NCBI GenBank assembly: GCA_003707115.1
Contig: PPNB01000016.1
Location: 124,001-188,000, forward strand
Direction of reading: 5' to 3'
Source: Tortispora ganteri
Taxonomy: Eukaryota
Length of the DNA: 64,000 bases
Shown here: positions 33,501 to 42,011 of the stretch, piece after piece
How positions within the stretch are numbered: the stretch's first letter is position 1
Layout: each line of letters starts with the position of its first letter
Notes under the pieces: model-generated
What the model was told of the DNA's origin: nothing
Databases searched by the model: none
The model's input: the letters and a program-made list of their open reading frames with translations, nothing else
Program-made: the position numbers and the translations under genes

Positions 33501-36500
33501 GATGTCTCAGGTTTACGCGAAACCAAGATCGAACATACCAAATCAGTTATACAAAGTTTCATAGAACGTACCAACACGCAGTACAATGATCTTAGGGATT
33601 TCACTGCGCCACTGAACTCTTTTCTTGGAGATATATATATTGGACTGAGTCTTGAGAATATGGAAACCACTTCTCAAGATGGAATATGTTTGTTGCCGTT
33701 CAGTATTTTTTCACGAGTTATTTCTATGAACTCAAATATTATTGAACATTTGAAATTGATGAACGAAGAAGCATTAGTGGAATTTTTTGAAGTTTTTTCA
33801 ATGCTGGCCCGCATCTTACTAAAAACTTCCAATATCGAGAATACTCGGATATTGACTGAGATGCTGGTTCATATATCTGATCGTCTTTTTGAAAAACACA
33901 AGTCTCGTGAAATACTTGAAGAAAGAGAAATGCAACTACTCAATTCAAACTATATTGACAAATCTGCAGCGGAACAATTTGAGTCAGAGTTCCAGGAAAT
34001 GTTTCCTGATTACGAAGAACAAAGTGCTGCAAGTAAAATGACCAGCGAATCTGTTTTTGAAAGAATATGCAATGCGCAAATCAGTATATTTGAGAAGGAT
34101 TTGTATTCTGATGAAATATTGTCGGTGTATTCCTCTTATAATTCATACAAATACATTGAAGGAAAGTTAACTTCCAGTGAATTATCTGACTTGTACATGG
34201 CAGCACTTCTTTCCATACGCGAGAAGTCTGCCGGAATCAAGCAAGAGCGAGGAAAAGCGTTTGACTTCTACTACGAGAACTCCGCAGAGTCGTTAAAGAC
34301 TGTATCGGAATTTTTGCCGCTTGCGACCAGCTCTGTAAAATTACTGTCAGATAAGTATCCAGACAATGAAATTTTGCGCGACACTCTGATTGCTTTAGAA
34401 GAGCTTTCATGTTTTGAAGTCACACAGCCGCTAGCACGATATTTACACAAAGTTGAGCAAATATACGTATTGCTAGATGAATGGAACAAAACAGCGTCAA
34501 AATCTGAATCATTAAGTAAAGTATCAGAAATCTGCGCTAAAATACTTATTGATTGGCGCAGAATTGAACTCAGATGTTGGCCTGTACTTTTTGAAAAAGA
34601 AATTAGGCAAAGCCAAAAGAATGCTTTACTCCGATGGTACGATATTTATGAGGTATGTATCAGGAATGTGCTTGCAATGGCTGAAGCTGAACAGTTTTCT
34701 ACGTCTGATATTGTTCCTATACTGGATGTCCTAGAAAAGTACATTGGACAATCTTCTATGGGTGATTTTGGATCAAGACTACATCTTGTAAAGTCTTTCT
34801 CGTCGTATATTGATCTGCTTGCAGAAAAGTTTGCTTGCTTGAAACCTCTGGCACATGCTGTTGAAAGTCTTTACAGATTTTATTCCTTATTTTTGGAATC
34901 TATAAGTCAGGATAATGATACAAAGTTGAGAGAACTGAAAAAGAAAATGGAAGAGGTAATCTTACTTGCGAGCTGGAAAGACACGAATGTATTTGCACTA
35001 AAGGAAAGTGCAAGAAAATCTCATTTATCTTTATTCAAGATTGTTAAAGAACTCAGAGAGAAGCTTTCTATTCCTGTAAAGCAGGTTATTTCAAATGAAA
35101 AAGTCAAGGAATTGCAAACTATTGAACCATTTCAGACTAGTTTTTCTTTAGACTGCACTGTGATGCCAACGAAATCTATATTGGTTATGAACAACATTAT
35201 TGACATGGTTGATTCAATTTCGTTGTTTGATCTAAGTGAGTTTACATCTAATGCATTAGAAACTGCTGAAAGATTGAAGAAAGAAACACCTAATGTATTG
35301 ACCGAAGAGAATGCTAAAACTATACAACATTTGAAACATCTCAAACACCGTGAATTCTCTAACGCATTGAAAGAACTGAAAGCCGCTGGATTGAAGTACA
35401 AAGTGTCGATCTCTCAGAGCCTTATTGAAAGTGACTTGTCATCTATAATTCTAAAATCTGCTAATTTAGAGCATTTTGATTCAGCATATACTGACAGTTA
35501 TTACAGAATTGTTGCTCTTTTCAGTTCTTTAAAGACTCTGAACTACTCTCATTCAGAGGATTTGGAGGATGCGCAAGTACGTCGCGGAATTGGGCTTGCT
35601 GAATCTTTGATAAGTACTATTGTTAAACTGAGGAACGTTTTGTTTTCTTTACATGCAAACTACGCAAGTATTGAAAAGCAAGTTAAGTTAATAGATGCTT
35701 ACAATGATGGCAGCAAACTAATTGCATTGCCAGACAATACTATATCGTTTGCCACCGTGATGTTGCTTCCGTTCTACATTGACCACGCGCTATCTCGTGC
35801 TGCAGCAGTCAAGGAAAAGGTTGATAATAAAGTTGTTGATTCGTTAAAAGTTTGGTATAAATTGTTTGAAGAGAGATCTGCCAGATTCCGCTATTTTTCT
35901 GAGCGTTACGTTTGCACAAAACCAACAGAGAAATACTGCACATTCTTAGCTGAATTGGGAATGAAAATATCTGAATTCAGGGCTGAATTGAACGAAATAA
36001 GTCCATTCTTTATTGTCGACCATATTGCAAATCTTCTTGATTCTGATATCAGAATGCATATTTCTGAACCAACAGGAAATCCTGCAATGAGTGATCGACC
36101 TGTTTCCGACGCAGTAAAGATCTCATTCCAAAAGGTAAAATCAGTGATCGAACTTTTTGGAGACGGAAATACGGACTATCAGATGTTTTCGCGCAATATA
36201 GAACGAGTACTAATAGGTCTAGATCTTGTTGCGATAAACAATGCGCTTGAATCGCGTACAAAGCTGTACTTTGATGGAAAAGTTGATGAAATATTATCTG
36301 AATACGATTTGGCACTCTTGAAAAAGTTTACTGAACTAGTGCAGAAAATTAAATCGAACTTACAACGACATTACATTGATACAGTCCGTTCTACAGTTTC
36401 CTTAGTCAAGCTGTTTGTGGATATCGCATCTAACGGCTTCTGCTCACCACAAGAGCAGGATGAATCAGTAGACAAAGACCACAGTAAGACAGGCGATGGA

Positions 36501-38957
36501 AGTGGTCTTGGAGAGGCTGATACTCGTGATGCCGAAAACAGGGAAGGGTCTGCCGACGATCTTGTTGATGAGGCCTATACGGGCGAAGAAGAGAAGAATG
36601 AAAATGAGAAAGATGAGCTTGCGGACGCCACCGAGACTAAAGGTGATTTTGGTGGAAATACTGAAGAGTATTCTGGTGACGAAAGTGACAATTCAGTTGA
36701 GTCTAAGGAAGACGAAGATCTAAGTGATGTAGAAGACAACATTGATTCTGAAGATGTCAATAAAGTCGACGAGAACTTGTGGAACGACGATAAAGACGAC
36801 AAAGCAGAAAAAGGCCAAACAGACAAAACATCAGACCAGAATGCCGACAACGAAGATACTCAAAACAATGAGAATCAAGGAAGCGAACTGCAGGCCAATA
36901 GTCAAGACACTGAGAAACAGGACATCGAGAACCAGGATGAAGTCCAATCTGACAAAGATAGCGGTATGTCCGACGACGAAGAACCGGGTCAAGATATACA
37001 GGAAGATGAAATAAATATTGGAGAACAAGATCCCGTGTATCAGGGAAAAGAAGAGGAAGTATTGGATTTACCGGAAGAGATGGATATTGACCGGGATAAC
37101 GAAGAGTTAGGCCAAGACGAAGACCTTGACGTAGACGATCTTGATATGGAAGAAGATATGAGCCAGCTTCCTGAAGATATCAGAAAAGACAATGAAGAAG
37201 TGCAAAATGATATGGCTACCGATTCTGAAGAAATGAATGATATTGATGAAGAGCAGGATGACGCTAATACGAGCGAAGTTGCTGAAATAGGCGCAGATGA
37301 AGAGGAAGATAGCAAAAACGAGGAGAAGGAAGATAAATCTGAAGGAGAAGGCTTTGAATCAGAAGAGAACGCCAATGAATTTGAGCATAAAGATACAGAT
37401 GAATCCTTGAAAGTAGGAGAGGAGGCAAATACAGAGCAAAGCACCATGGCGGATCAACAAAATTTGCAAAACGATATTGCTAATAACGAATCTGCTGTTG
37501 CACAAGACACTTCTGGAAAAGAATCACAGTCAAGCCGACAGGAACAACAGGTAGAAGATGAAAACGACGATACAAACGAGCAGTCTTCTGGTGCGCAAAA
37601 AGATTCAAACGCTGACGAAAACAATGAAACCAACTCTTCTACTAAGGATGCCATTGAAGATCTTGTGAAACAAATATCTCAGGCATTTAAAGAATTTCAT
37701 CAGAAGAGCAGTCTAGACAGGAACCCTGAAGAGAATAAAGATTCTGCAAGTACTAATCCCGAAAAAGTACAACACGTGGAAGATATCGAGGAAGACTACA
37801 ACATGAACGCAATCGATGACGCAGAGAAGGATGAACAACAGACTATCGAATTTAATGATGAAATTAAACATGAGAAAACAGAGACGGACGACAAACTTCA
37901 CAATGCGGAACAAAGGCCTATTGAAGAGTACATCGATTCAGGGAACTTGAATATGCCCGAGTCAGAACTTCTAGAAGACCGCGACAATACTGAAAACATT
38001 GTTGGTGCAGAAAAAGACAATGATGAGGATGAAACAATGAATACCGAAGTCGAGAACTTTGACGAATTTGACACCGAGACCGAGCAAGATCCTTGCATGG
38101 ATTTGAGTGATGCTAAAATGGTATGGAACGAGCTCGAACGCAATGTGAACGATTTAGCACTCTCATTGAGCGAACAGTTGCGTCTCATTCTTGAGCCGAC
38201 AGTTGCCACACGAATGAAGGGCGACTACAAAACCGGCAAGCGACTTAATATGCGCAAGATCATCCCGTTTATTGCGAGTCAATATAAGAGAGACAAGATT
38301 TGGATGAGACGAACTAAGCCTAGTAAACGTGACTACTATATTTCAGTGGCGATTGATGACTCCAGATCAATGTCTGAACCGGTCACTTCAGAATTGGCAT
38401 TGCAGAGCCTTGCCCTTGTAGCTAAAGCGTTGTCTCACCTGGAGATTAGCCATCTCGGCGTCTTCAGATTTGGATCGGCTACGAAAATTGTGCACCAGTT
38501 TAATGAGCAGTTTGTTTCTAACTCAGGCCCTAAAATGATTCGATGGTTCCAGTTCGACCAGGATAAGACCAATTTGGAAGATCTCCTCAAGAAGTCAATA
38601 CATGCATACATGCACGAAACTGATTCGGCAAATGACACATGTAAACTTGAGATTATTATATCCGATGGCATTTGTGACAACCATTCAGAGTTACGCAGTC
38701 TTGTGAGCAAGGGCAGAGAAAACAACATTATCTTTGTCTTTATAATACTTGATCCACTGAACAAGAACGGATCGATTCTGGATATGAATCAAGTGAAATA
38801 CGATATCGATGCTAACGGTGAAATGCAAATATCTATTGAAAAGTATTTGGATAAGTTTCCATTTGATTACTATGTGATAGTAAAAGAATTGCGTGAACTT
38901 CCTAATGTGTTGTCGTCTGTACTGCGCCAGTACTTCAACGAGACTGCAAATATTTAA
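24537..38957 (+). CDS. MDN1: Midasin / Rea1 dynein-like AAA ATPase (pre-60S maturation)
   Basis: 4806 aa. Six AAA modules (GPGGSGKT, GETGTGKT, GPTSSGKT, GDTGCGKT, GNPGVGKT, GPARSGKS), long linker, D/E-rich tail, C-terminal MIDAS (GDYKTGKRLNMRKIIP..DKIWMRRTKP..DDSRSM). Confidence 0.99.
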   Translation: MDLYSFSIPSAQLVDQELQPLLSSFVSHLGISLFEDIPVKMQTDHAFLDLLSNVLLQDWNVLIAAVYFDSLLPDIAVRWAAITSDQPIAALNALALILPLCPHLAPIALNLLHRVKLNYTDRHLIVSLYRMLRHSDEFADIIPLTTLIDLTNTSDPLVRYFAVQIASRVLELAPKAKNNAIKATKSISLQSSMLMAPLSFDPVTLATQEVDVQFFDLFEAERLDNWNKLRMRTKNMVQTPCSIPLSFLSASTLCAGNVLLYRPYLSSYKRVNFIPTTSGSVAVDQMALAIREKKPVMVIGPGGSGKTFLIEQFAHACRRPGDFVKIHVGSQTDSKMLIGSYTTGATPGVFEWKLGALARAASEGLWLLIEDIDQAPSDMISVLLSLLESRTLMIPSRSEMIEAHPQFQLICTIRTPSAKKVIGEHLWTKVCLDTPTSHDLEAIMLSKYPILSPFNEVLVQSYQEIDDMLNSKIGMTSEDGARRRRFNSRDLFKWASRCSIDAKTMGLNSLSHEVPDYFYDIILREAYDCFCQSFSSDKLKRAILEIVAGRLSISVNRAEVLLRETPKMNDSNPAELHIGRSLLIRKPSSEKIQLNKSSFAYTNHALNLLERLCVSVSLNEPTLLVGETGTGKTTIVQHLASLMNKKLTIVNLSQQSEASDLIGGFKPVEPSTLVIPLLNAFEDLFFSTFSQDKNSTYIRALTQYAEKKQWSAVTRVFSSTCQKAIDALEAKFAQKFNENAEHKSKKKKTNEDLKELINRWKYFKKEVHDFHAAQSKSANALIFKFVEGALVEAVRNGYWILLDEVNLASPETLDGISDLLSTSGDRTMLLSEKGELETLTAHSEFCLFACMNPSTDVGKRELPESLRSRFTEIFVESPDTYRHDLLTIIQSYMGSLTAGDQTICGDIAEVFMTAKKLSEDHKILDSSNNRPHYSIRTLARTLIYVQDMVRYYTLRRCVYEGFCMTMLTALDNSSESVLESTFVDLIFKNERAKKAALNQSPRIDQNSTDYVVWNDQIIRKGPLEPVKDDKFIITPFVQKNLRNLMRATSCRRFPILIQGPTSSGKTSMVSYLAKLTGHKFVRINNHEHTDIQEYVGSYIADSSGKLVFQDGILVEAMRSGSWLVLDELNLAPSDILEALNRLLDDNHELLIPETQEVVKPHPEFLLFATQNPPGAYGGRKHLSKAFRNRFLELNFEDIPQDELETILRERCKIAPSYANKIVEVYRQLSLVRRTTRLFEQKNSFATLRDLFRWANREAIGYEQLAYNGYVLLAEKVREPSEKAVVLETLEKVMKVKIDVNQVYRVPQEVINKSFNGMVWTNSLRRLYTLVNSAVANKEPVLLIGDTGCGKTSVCQLLAHINHKELSIFNAYQNTETSDLIGSQRPVRNRKANEQRLRQAICDNLKDADASSSTDDLISLFEENFTIYSEKQQSLIYELIQRHRSLFEWVDGPLVSCMKQGSYFLLDEISLADDSVLERLNSVLEPERTILIAEKGSGDSFVQAEDSFMFFATMNPGGDYGKKELSPALRNRFTEIWVPSMNEIDDSVQIVVASLLPELQKFAEPMVQFSVWFAKTFSSDGQVSGNISIRDLLLWSNFMNSYVKKASNYSNRELNSLFLEGSYLSFVDGLGTNNTFGLSENAEMLREAKLSCKTKLCALINVEPSLIAGDGGKIDISNDAINAGIFSIPRLKVNELSQFDLSAPTTALNAYRTIRAMQVNRPILLEGNPGVGKTALITNLAKVIGVNLTRINLSEQTDLIDLFGSDVPDETQDIGNFRWQDAPFLQALQRGEWVLLDEMNLASQAVLEGLNACLDHRGEVYIPELGRSFVKHPDFKVFAAQNPQGQGSGRKGLPKSFLNRFSLVYMSPLTAVDLEIILSSRFPQWADICGKFVNFMERINTELDKRTFGSAGFPWEFNLRDSIRYFKLLERFTIESEGAPIAFLIKLIFAERFRSKTDRQYVEQIMNECFQINERIDFNRSSIQENEDCLIVNRTSIKRSDVYAPKRGRELQVLHCNQFLTESIMACVELNWPVLLYGPARSGKSSLIRKLASIVGSKLYEVALNQSIDSLDLLGGYEQVDTDFSRRQVYTELTEQLNGFLRKLYCSNLHLIGSVKDLSAICVQISTLSLQNIQKTFENFIKVHQKRLLETDTGKELINYMKLQVDIIDSYALLPLKESSTNFAFKWIDGVLIRAAIEGSWVILDNANLCNPAVLDRLNSLLEENGFLVLNEGVMTETGEPRVIYPHPNFRIFLLADPSYGELSRAMRNRALELYVPDLAERSELLDRQSLKIIPSDIPIVQHLCDLDPTISFLKNMHLLPRLMSNFAEPSFLLQGLAEMLPENCSQTLQDWSRVLTQLSCTTLQQFYSEETLKSISDYANFYRVSKVSNYINTMPLITEYRRKYNLEELPKPNILTVGNYSLSCLLFKRPDSLTYCHDIEIDFHKLNALMPSCSSAKYLSSQDKTESKTLETFLNLFITFFNKMSADTFATVIASEESQRLIQSLVALALYLADLLKNNVLLGSHVYEIVKLILNMSTDFAVSNFSQLSESIDILRKRYTITRGQSIYTLWNQLHARLPATKEKYTIYQKTLELGAKFDRILLDVSPLLYSDLTSLLLRLLDMSSGLYADVAIEAQLTDFISDRLDEIYFSIQQEQNNQQKLRNRRNDEKSYVKFQFFYRTCFVAEMLNLHGDGEQSYISQSLIPLAINSGLKYSWIELCNVYWGTKNRVLMQNVSISPLLFQNSISEISTGKYVLNLCNIISEHTYTPLKESQATLNIMQGVHDAMVSSIDTLLKDFNAILAENILLKLFKTIALFDATLESMLAEIYNNIKYTSQIPLAIEHILQKIDCSSCFGTSWSMYFVPCLQAISQGNLSSAFILYGLGMIELYVPNVPIDPVLGVKIESEIRDREKAIFEEKVSQFNVLSRLYYGMDTTFRPILQSRVQLDAGELKPTGFRETNSQIYEVYKDIWRLLSSTVNDSLLQATTDVSGLRETKIEHTKSVIQSFIERTNTQYNDLRDFTAPLNSFLGDIYIGLSLENMETTSQDGICLLPFSIFSRVISMNSNIIEHLKLMNEEALVEFFEVFSMLARILLKTSNIENTRILTEMLVHISDRLFEKHKSREILEEREMQLLNSNYIDKSAAEQFESEFQEMFPDYEEQSAASKMTSESVFERICNAQISIFEKDLYSDEILSVYSSYNSYKYIEGKLTSSELSDLYMAALLSIREKSAGIKQERGKAFDFYYENSAESLKTVSEFLPLATSSVKLLSDKYPDNEILRDTLIALEELSCFEVTQPLARYLHKVEQIYVLLDEWNKTASKSESLSKVSEICAKILIDWRRIELRCWPVLFEKEIRQSQKNALLRWYDIYEVCIRNVLAMAEAEQFSTSDIVPILDVLEKYIGQSSMGDFGSRLHLVKSFSSYIDLLAEKFACLKPLAHAVESLYRFYSLFLESISQDNDTKLRELKKKMEEVILLASWKDTNVFALKESARKSHLSLFKIVKELREKLSIPVKQVISNEKVKELQTIEPFQTSFSLDCTVMPTKSILVMNNIIDMVDSISLFDLSEFTSNALETAERLKKETPNVLTEENAKTIQHLKHLKHREFSNALKELKAAGLKYKVSISQSLIESDLSSIILKSANLEHFDSAYTDSYYRIVALFSSLKTLNYSHSEDLEDAQVRRGIGLAESLISTIVKLRNVLFSLHANYASIEKQVKLIDAYNDGSKLIALPDNTISFATVMLLPFYIDHALSRAAAVKEKVDNKVVDSLKVWYKLFEERSARFRYFSERYVCTKPTEKYCTFLAELGMKISEFRAELNEISPFFIVDHIANLLDSDIRMHISEPTGNPAMSDRPVSDAVKISFQKVKSVIELFGDGNTDYQMFSRNIERVLIGLDLVAINNALESRTKLYFDGKVDEILSEYDLALLKKFTELVQKIKSNLQRHYIDTVRSTVSLVKLFVDIASNGFCSPQEQDESVDKDHSKTGDGSGLGEADTRDAENREGSADDLVDEAYTGEEEKNENEKDELADATETKGDFGGNTEEYSGDESDNSVESKEDEDLSDVEDNIDSEDVNKVDENLWNDDKDDKAEKGQTDKTSDQNADNEDTQNNENQGSELQANSQDTEKQDIENQDEVQSDKDSGMSDDEEPGQDIQEDEINIGEQDPVYQGKEEEVLDLPEEMDIDRDNEELGQDEDLDVDDLDMEEDMSQLPEDIRKDNEEVQNDMATDSEEMNDIDEEQDDANTSEVAEIGADEEEDSKNEEKEDKSEGEGFESEENANEFEHKDTDESLKVGEEANTEQSTMADQQNLQNDIANNESAVAQDTSGKESQSSRQEQQVEDENDDTNEQSSGAQKDSNADENNETNSSTKDAIEDLVKQISQAFKEFHQKSSLDRNPEENKDSASTNPEKVQHVEDIEEDYNMNAIDDAEKDEQQTIEFNDEIKHEKTETDDKLHNAEQRPIEEYIDSGNLNMPESELLEDRDNTENIVGAEKDNDEDETMNTEVENFDEFDTETEQDPCMDLSDAKMVWNELERNVNDLALSLSEQLRLILEPTVATRMKGDYKTGKRLNMRKIIPFIASQYKRDKIWMRRTKPSKRDYYISVAIDDSRSMSEPVTSELALQSLALVAKALSHLEISHLGVFRFGSATKIVHQFNEQFVSNSGPKMIRWFQFDQDKTNLEDLLKKSIHAYMHETDSANDTCKLEIIISDGICDNHSELRSLVSKGRENNIIFVFIILDPLNKNGSILDMNQVKYDIDANGEMQISIEKYLDKFPFDYYVIVKELRELPNVLSSVLRQYFNETANI

Positions 38958-38978
38958 CCTCTGTAACTAATCTATATT

Positions 38979-40268
38979 TTATAATGAAGACTTGTATTCC
39001 GGCAAAATGCCTAATTCTCCAGATCGTGAATTATCAATAGGCGAGCTCGCAGTGATATCAACGGTAGGATAACAGAATCTCTGTGCTAGTTCGGGGTCGA
39101 GTGCTCCTTCAATGGCCTTCACGATATAGTCCCCAATTATGGGCAGAAATTTGAAAGCATGACCGTTCCCAGAAGTAGCTAGAAATATCTTGTCAGAGTT
39201 AGGATAATAATCAATAATGAAGTTGCCATTGTGTGTATCGGTGTAGCAGCAGATGCGTGTGTGTTTCCATTCGCGGTTGGTAAACTCGCCCTGGAAATAG
39301 TGATCTAGTCCATCACGTAGGACTTTTTCTGCAGTTTCGGGAAGATTCACTTTCTGTTTCATGTGATCATGTACCGCCAAATCTGGCGATGATACCAATT
39401 GCGATGGGTCGTACATGGATGGACAGAAACGCTGGTACCCTCGAGAATGCCACGCAACCTTGAGGTAGTTATTCTGTGGATGAGGTGGAAAACAGTAGAA
39501 TCCAGACCCCAGATCCAAAATTACAGGCAGTTTTGCATACTTAACTGCCTCTTCTTGGGTTAGTTCTATAATTCCTACTGCCTGCCCGGTAGCTCTTATT
39601 CTTGATCCTGTATTGATCAGTCCGCTGGTCCATGCGCCAGTCGCTAGAATGACAAAGTCAACTTCAACTGTATTACCTGCTTTAAAACGCAGTTCAAGTG
39701 TATCGTCCCTATCGCTGACACCAAGCACCGTACCGTTATCTCCAAACACAAAATGCACACCTAGCGCTTTGCATTCGTTATATGCTTGTTTTATCGCATC
39801 AGAAGCATGAGCCCAGCCTGAGGAATAGTTAAAATAGCCATTAAGTGGTATAAGCGCTGCAGGAGACAAAGTAGTTTGCTTGGAAATGTGGTCTATAGAA
39901 TTAGCAGTGATTTTGCAGATATTCAGATCAAGCTGGTCCATATTCCATTCTGACGACCTTTGGTATTCTGAATCAGCGCTCACAGCACATGTGAGTAGCA
40001 GCCCTGCTTGCTTATAGTGATCGCAATATGTTGTTCTCCATAATTCCAAAGCTTCAAGCGCTAATTTTGCGTAGACCGGGTCGGCATAATCTGGCCGAAT
40101 AATACGATTTATGTCTACGCTGGATGCATCAGGGACTGGGGGTTCCATCCGATCGTACATATGCACATTAGTGTACCCCCGAAGTTTGAGGAACTTGCCC
40201 GCAGACAATCCAAAAGTACCACATCCAATAATAGCAATGCGAGAATCTTTTGTAGGACGTACAGGCAT
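38979..40268 (-). CDS. FAD-dependent oxidoreductase, sarcosine oxidase / L-pipecolate oxidase / fructosyl-amino acid oxidase family
   Basis: IAIIGCGTFGLS (GxGxxG), ASSVDINRIIRPDYAD, ILATGAWT, RICCYTDT..GNFIID, GHAFKFLPIIG. ATG at 40268 (the track start is a GTG). Confidence 0.9.
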   Translation of the reverse strand: MPVRPTKDSRIAIIGCGTFGLSAGKFLKLRGYTNVHMYDRMEPPVPDASSVDINRIIRPDYADPVYAKLALEALELWRTTYCDHYKQAGLLLTCAVSADSEYQRSSEWNMDQLDLNICKITANSIDHISKQTTLSPAALIPLNGYFNYSSGWAHASDAIKQAYNECKALGVHFVFGDNGTVLGVSDRDDTLELRFKAGNTVEVDFVILATGAWTSGLINTGSRIRATGQAVGIIELTQEEAVKYAKLPVILDLGSGFYCFPPHPQNNYLKVAWHSRGYQRFCPSMYDPSQLVSSPDLAVHDHMKQKVNLPETAEKVLRDGLDHYFQGEFTNREWKHTRICCYTDTHNGNFIIDYYPNSDKIFLATSGNGHAFKFLPIIGDYIVKAIEGALDPELAQRFCYPTVDITASSPIDNSRSGELGILPEYKSSL

Positions 40269-40421
40269 CACCGTATATAAATGCTTAGTGGTTCTAAAAC
40301 TAGTTCGATCTAAGTGAGCCAGGTGACATTGTGCGGCTAAATAAATGCAACCTTAATATGATCCGTAAACCCACTTTGACCTGCCAACCTGCATCGATCA
40401 CCATCACCCCCTGCAGGGCTA

Positions 40422-41945
40422 ATGAATAACCACCGTCTGACATGCAGAGAGTTGTCGCTATTCGACGATTTCATTACTGATATTCTTATCGACAACATAT
40501 ACTATTGGATCAATGTTCATAAAACTGACCCTGACTTCCAACCTGTGAGACGGCGTAGTCTGAAGCCGATTACTAATTTCCTCAGATCCACCGTTATTCA
40601 ACACAAAGACATAAACGGTGCAATGGCAGGGTTCCTCAAATTTGCTGCTGTCATCGATTTCATATTAAAATTTAATCCGAACGACTCGGCAAGAGGCGAA
40701 TACCTACAGGCCGAGTTTGAAAGACATTCAAGAAGGTACCTCCAAATTTATCACCCTGATGCTGCCTTCGAGGTCTGCACCACTAACGCTTATATCTCCA
40801 GGACAAACCGTGTCGAGTCAAGCATAATTGCTAGACGCCACATACCTTCTGGTGAATCCATACAATATCTTAGTGGTCGACTTGTTCCCGTGATCCAGGA
40901 TGAAGACCGTCACAACTTCATTGAGCGTGAGGGCCAGGACTTTTCCATAGTCTACTCCAGCAGGAAAAACGAACTATGTCTGATGCTAGGCCCTGCAAGG
41001 TTCATAAATCACGACTGCTCGCCAAACGCGCGCTTCGTCTCTGTTCAAGGTAACACATACGTCTCTGCTCTACGCGACATCGAGCGCGGCGAGGAGGTAA
41101 CAGTAGCTTACTCTATGAACTACTTCGGAGAGTCAAACACCGACTGCTTGTGCCAAACTTGCAGAGTCGCCGCTAAAGGGGGCTATGCAGGATCCCAGTT
41201 TGACCCCTTGGCTTCAGAAATCCTGCTAGACCAGGTTTCAGACGATAGTGACTTCGAGCCTCTTCCTCCAGAAGATGACACCACTCCTGCTGCCTCCGCA
41301 CGCAGGCGAAACGCCTTGAGAAAAAAGGAGAAAAAAATCGCTATAATTCGCGAAAAATTGGCTGCATCAACTTTGTTAACTCCGCCCCTCAGCAGACAAG
41401 GGTCTACGGAGTCCTCCGTCAGTGAAACAGAACACGCCTCAGGGAGGTCGCGCAGAATAATTAAATCCCCTCTCGAATCCGATATTACTCCGCAAATTAC
41501 ACGCTTTCAGTATTCCGGTTTGTTCCAATACAACCAGCCCAGACTCCGATGTCAGAATATTCTTTGCACGCTAGTATTTCCGTCACAACTAATCACTACC
41601 ATCGACCAATCGTTGCCTAAATTCTGTCCTCGCTGCATCAGACATATGAGATTGTACCATCTTCATTATCCATTTACCTCAGAAGACTCCTGGGACTCCT
41701 TTCGCCACTCGAAAAGCATTCCGCAAATCATGCGACTTCCGCTAGATACTCCTTCCGACATTGATTATGCGATCGTTAACAAAAAGTTCTCTGCACAAAA
41801 GCCGAAGCCAAAACCTTCAGACATCATACACCACACGTACTCTACGAGAAGACGAGCGCGTGTGACGGAACTCGGACTGATTCCTGCAAAACGCCCAACA
41901 AGACAATTACCGAAACGTCTCACGCGCGCCCGACACTCTCTTTAA
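40422..41945 (+). CDS. SET9: Histone H4K20 methyltransferase Set9 (KMT5/Suv4-20 family)
   Basis: ELSLFDDFITDILID..YYW N-terminus, DFSIVYSSRK..LMLGPARFINHDCSPNARF..GEEVTVAY..YFG..CLCQTC SET/post-SET, and a later CPRCIRH..LY motif. Confidence 0.92.
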   Translation: MNNHRLTCRELSLFDDFITDILIDNIYYWINVHKTDPDFQPVRRRSLKPITNFLRSTVIQHKDINGAMAGFLKFAAVIDFILKFNPNDSARGEYLQAEFERHSRRYLQIYHPDAAFEVCTTNAYISRTNRVESSIIARRHIPSGESIQYLSGRLVPVIQDEDRHNFIEREGQDFSIVYSSRKNELCLMLGPARFINHDCSPNARFVSVQGNTYVSALRDIERGEEVTVAYSMNYFGESNTDCLCQTCRVAAKGGYAGSQFDPLASEILLDQVSDDSDFEPLPPEDDTTPAASARRRNALRKKEKKIAIIREKLAASTLLTPPLSRQGSTESSVSETEHASGRSRRIIKSPLESDITPQITRFQYSGLFQYNQPRLRCQNILCTLVFPSQLITTIDQSLPKFCPRCIRHMRLYHLHYPFTSEDSWDSFRHSKSIPQIMRLPLDTPSDIDYAIVNKKFSAQKPKPKPSDIIHHTYSTRRRARVTELGLIPAKRPTRQLPKRLTRARHSL

Positions 41946-42011
41946 CGCTCCTTTTTTGTATTGTGAAAAGTGGAAGTCTTCTTTTTAACACTCTGATATC
42001 ATTAATTAATT

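Noticed and set aside
25135..38764. Many 60-213 aa ORFs inside MDN1 (likewise inside SEC7, SMC2, HIR3, THP3)
   Set aside because: Antisense or alternate-frame shadows of long CDSs with no independent motifs.
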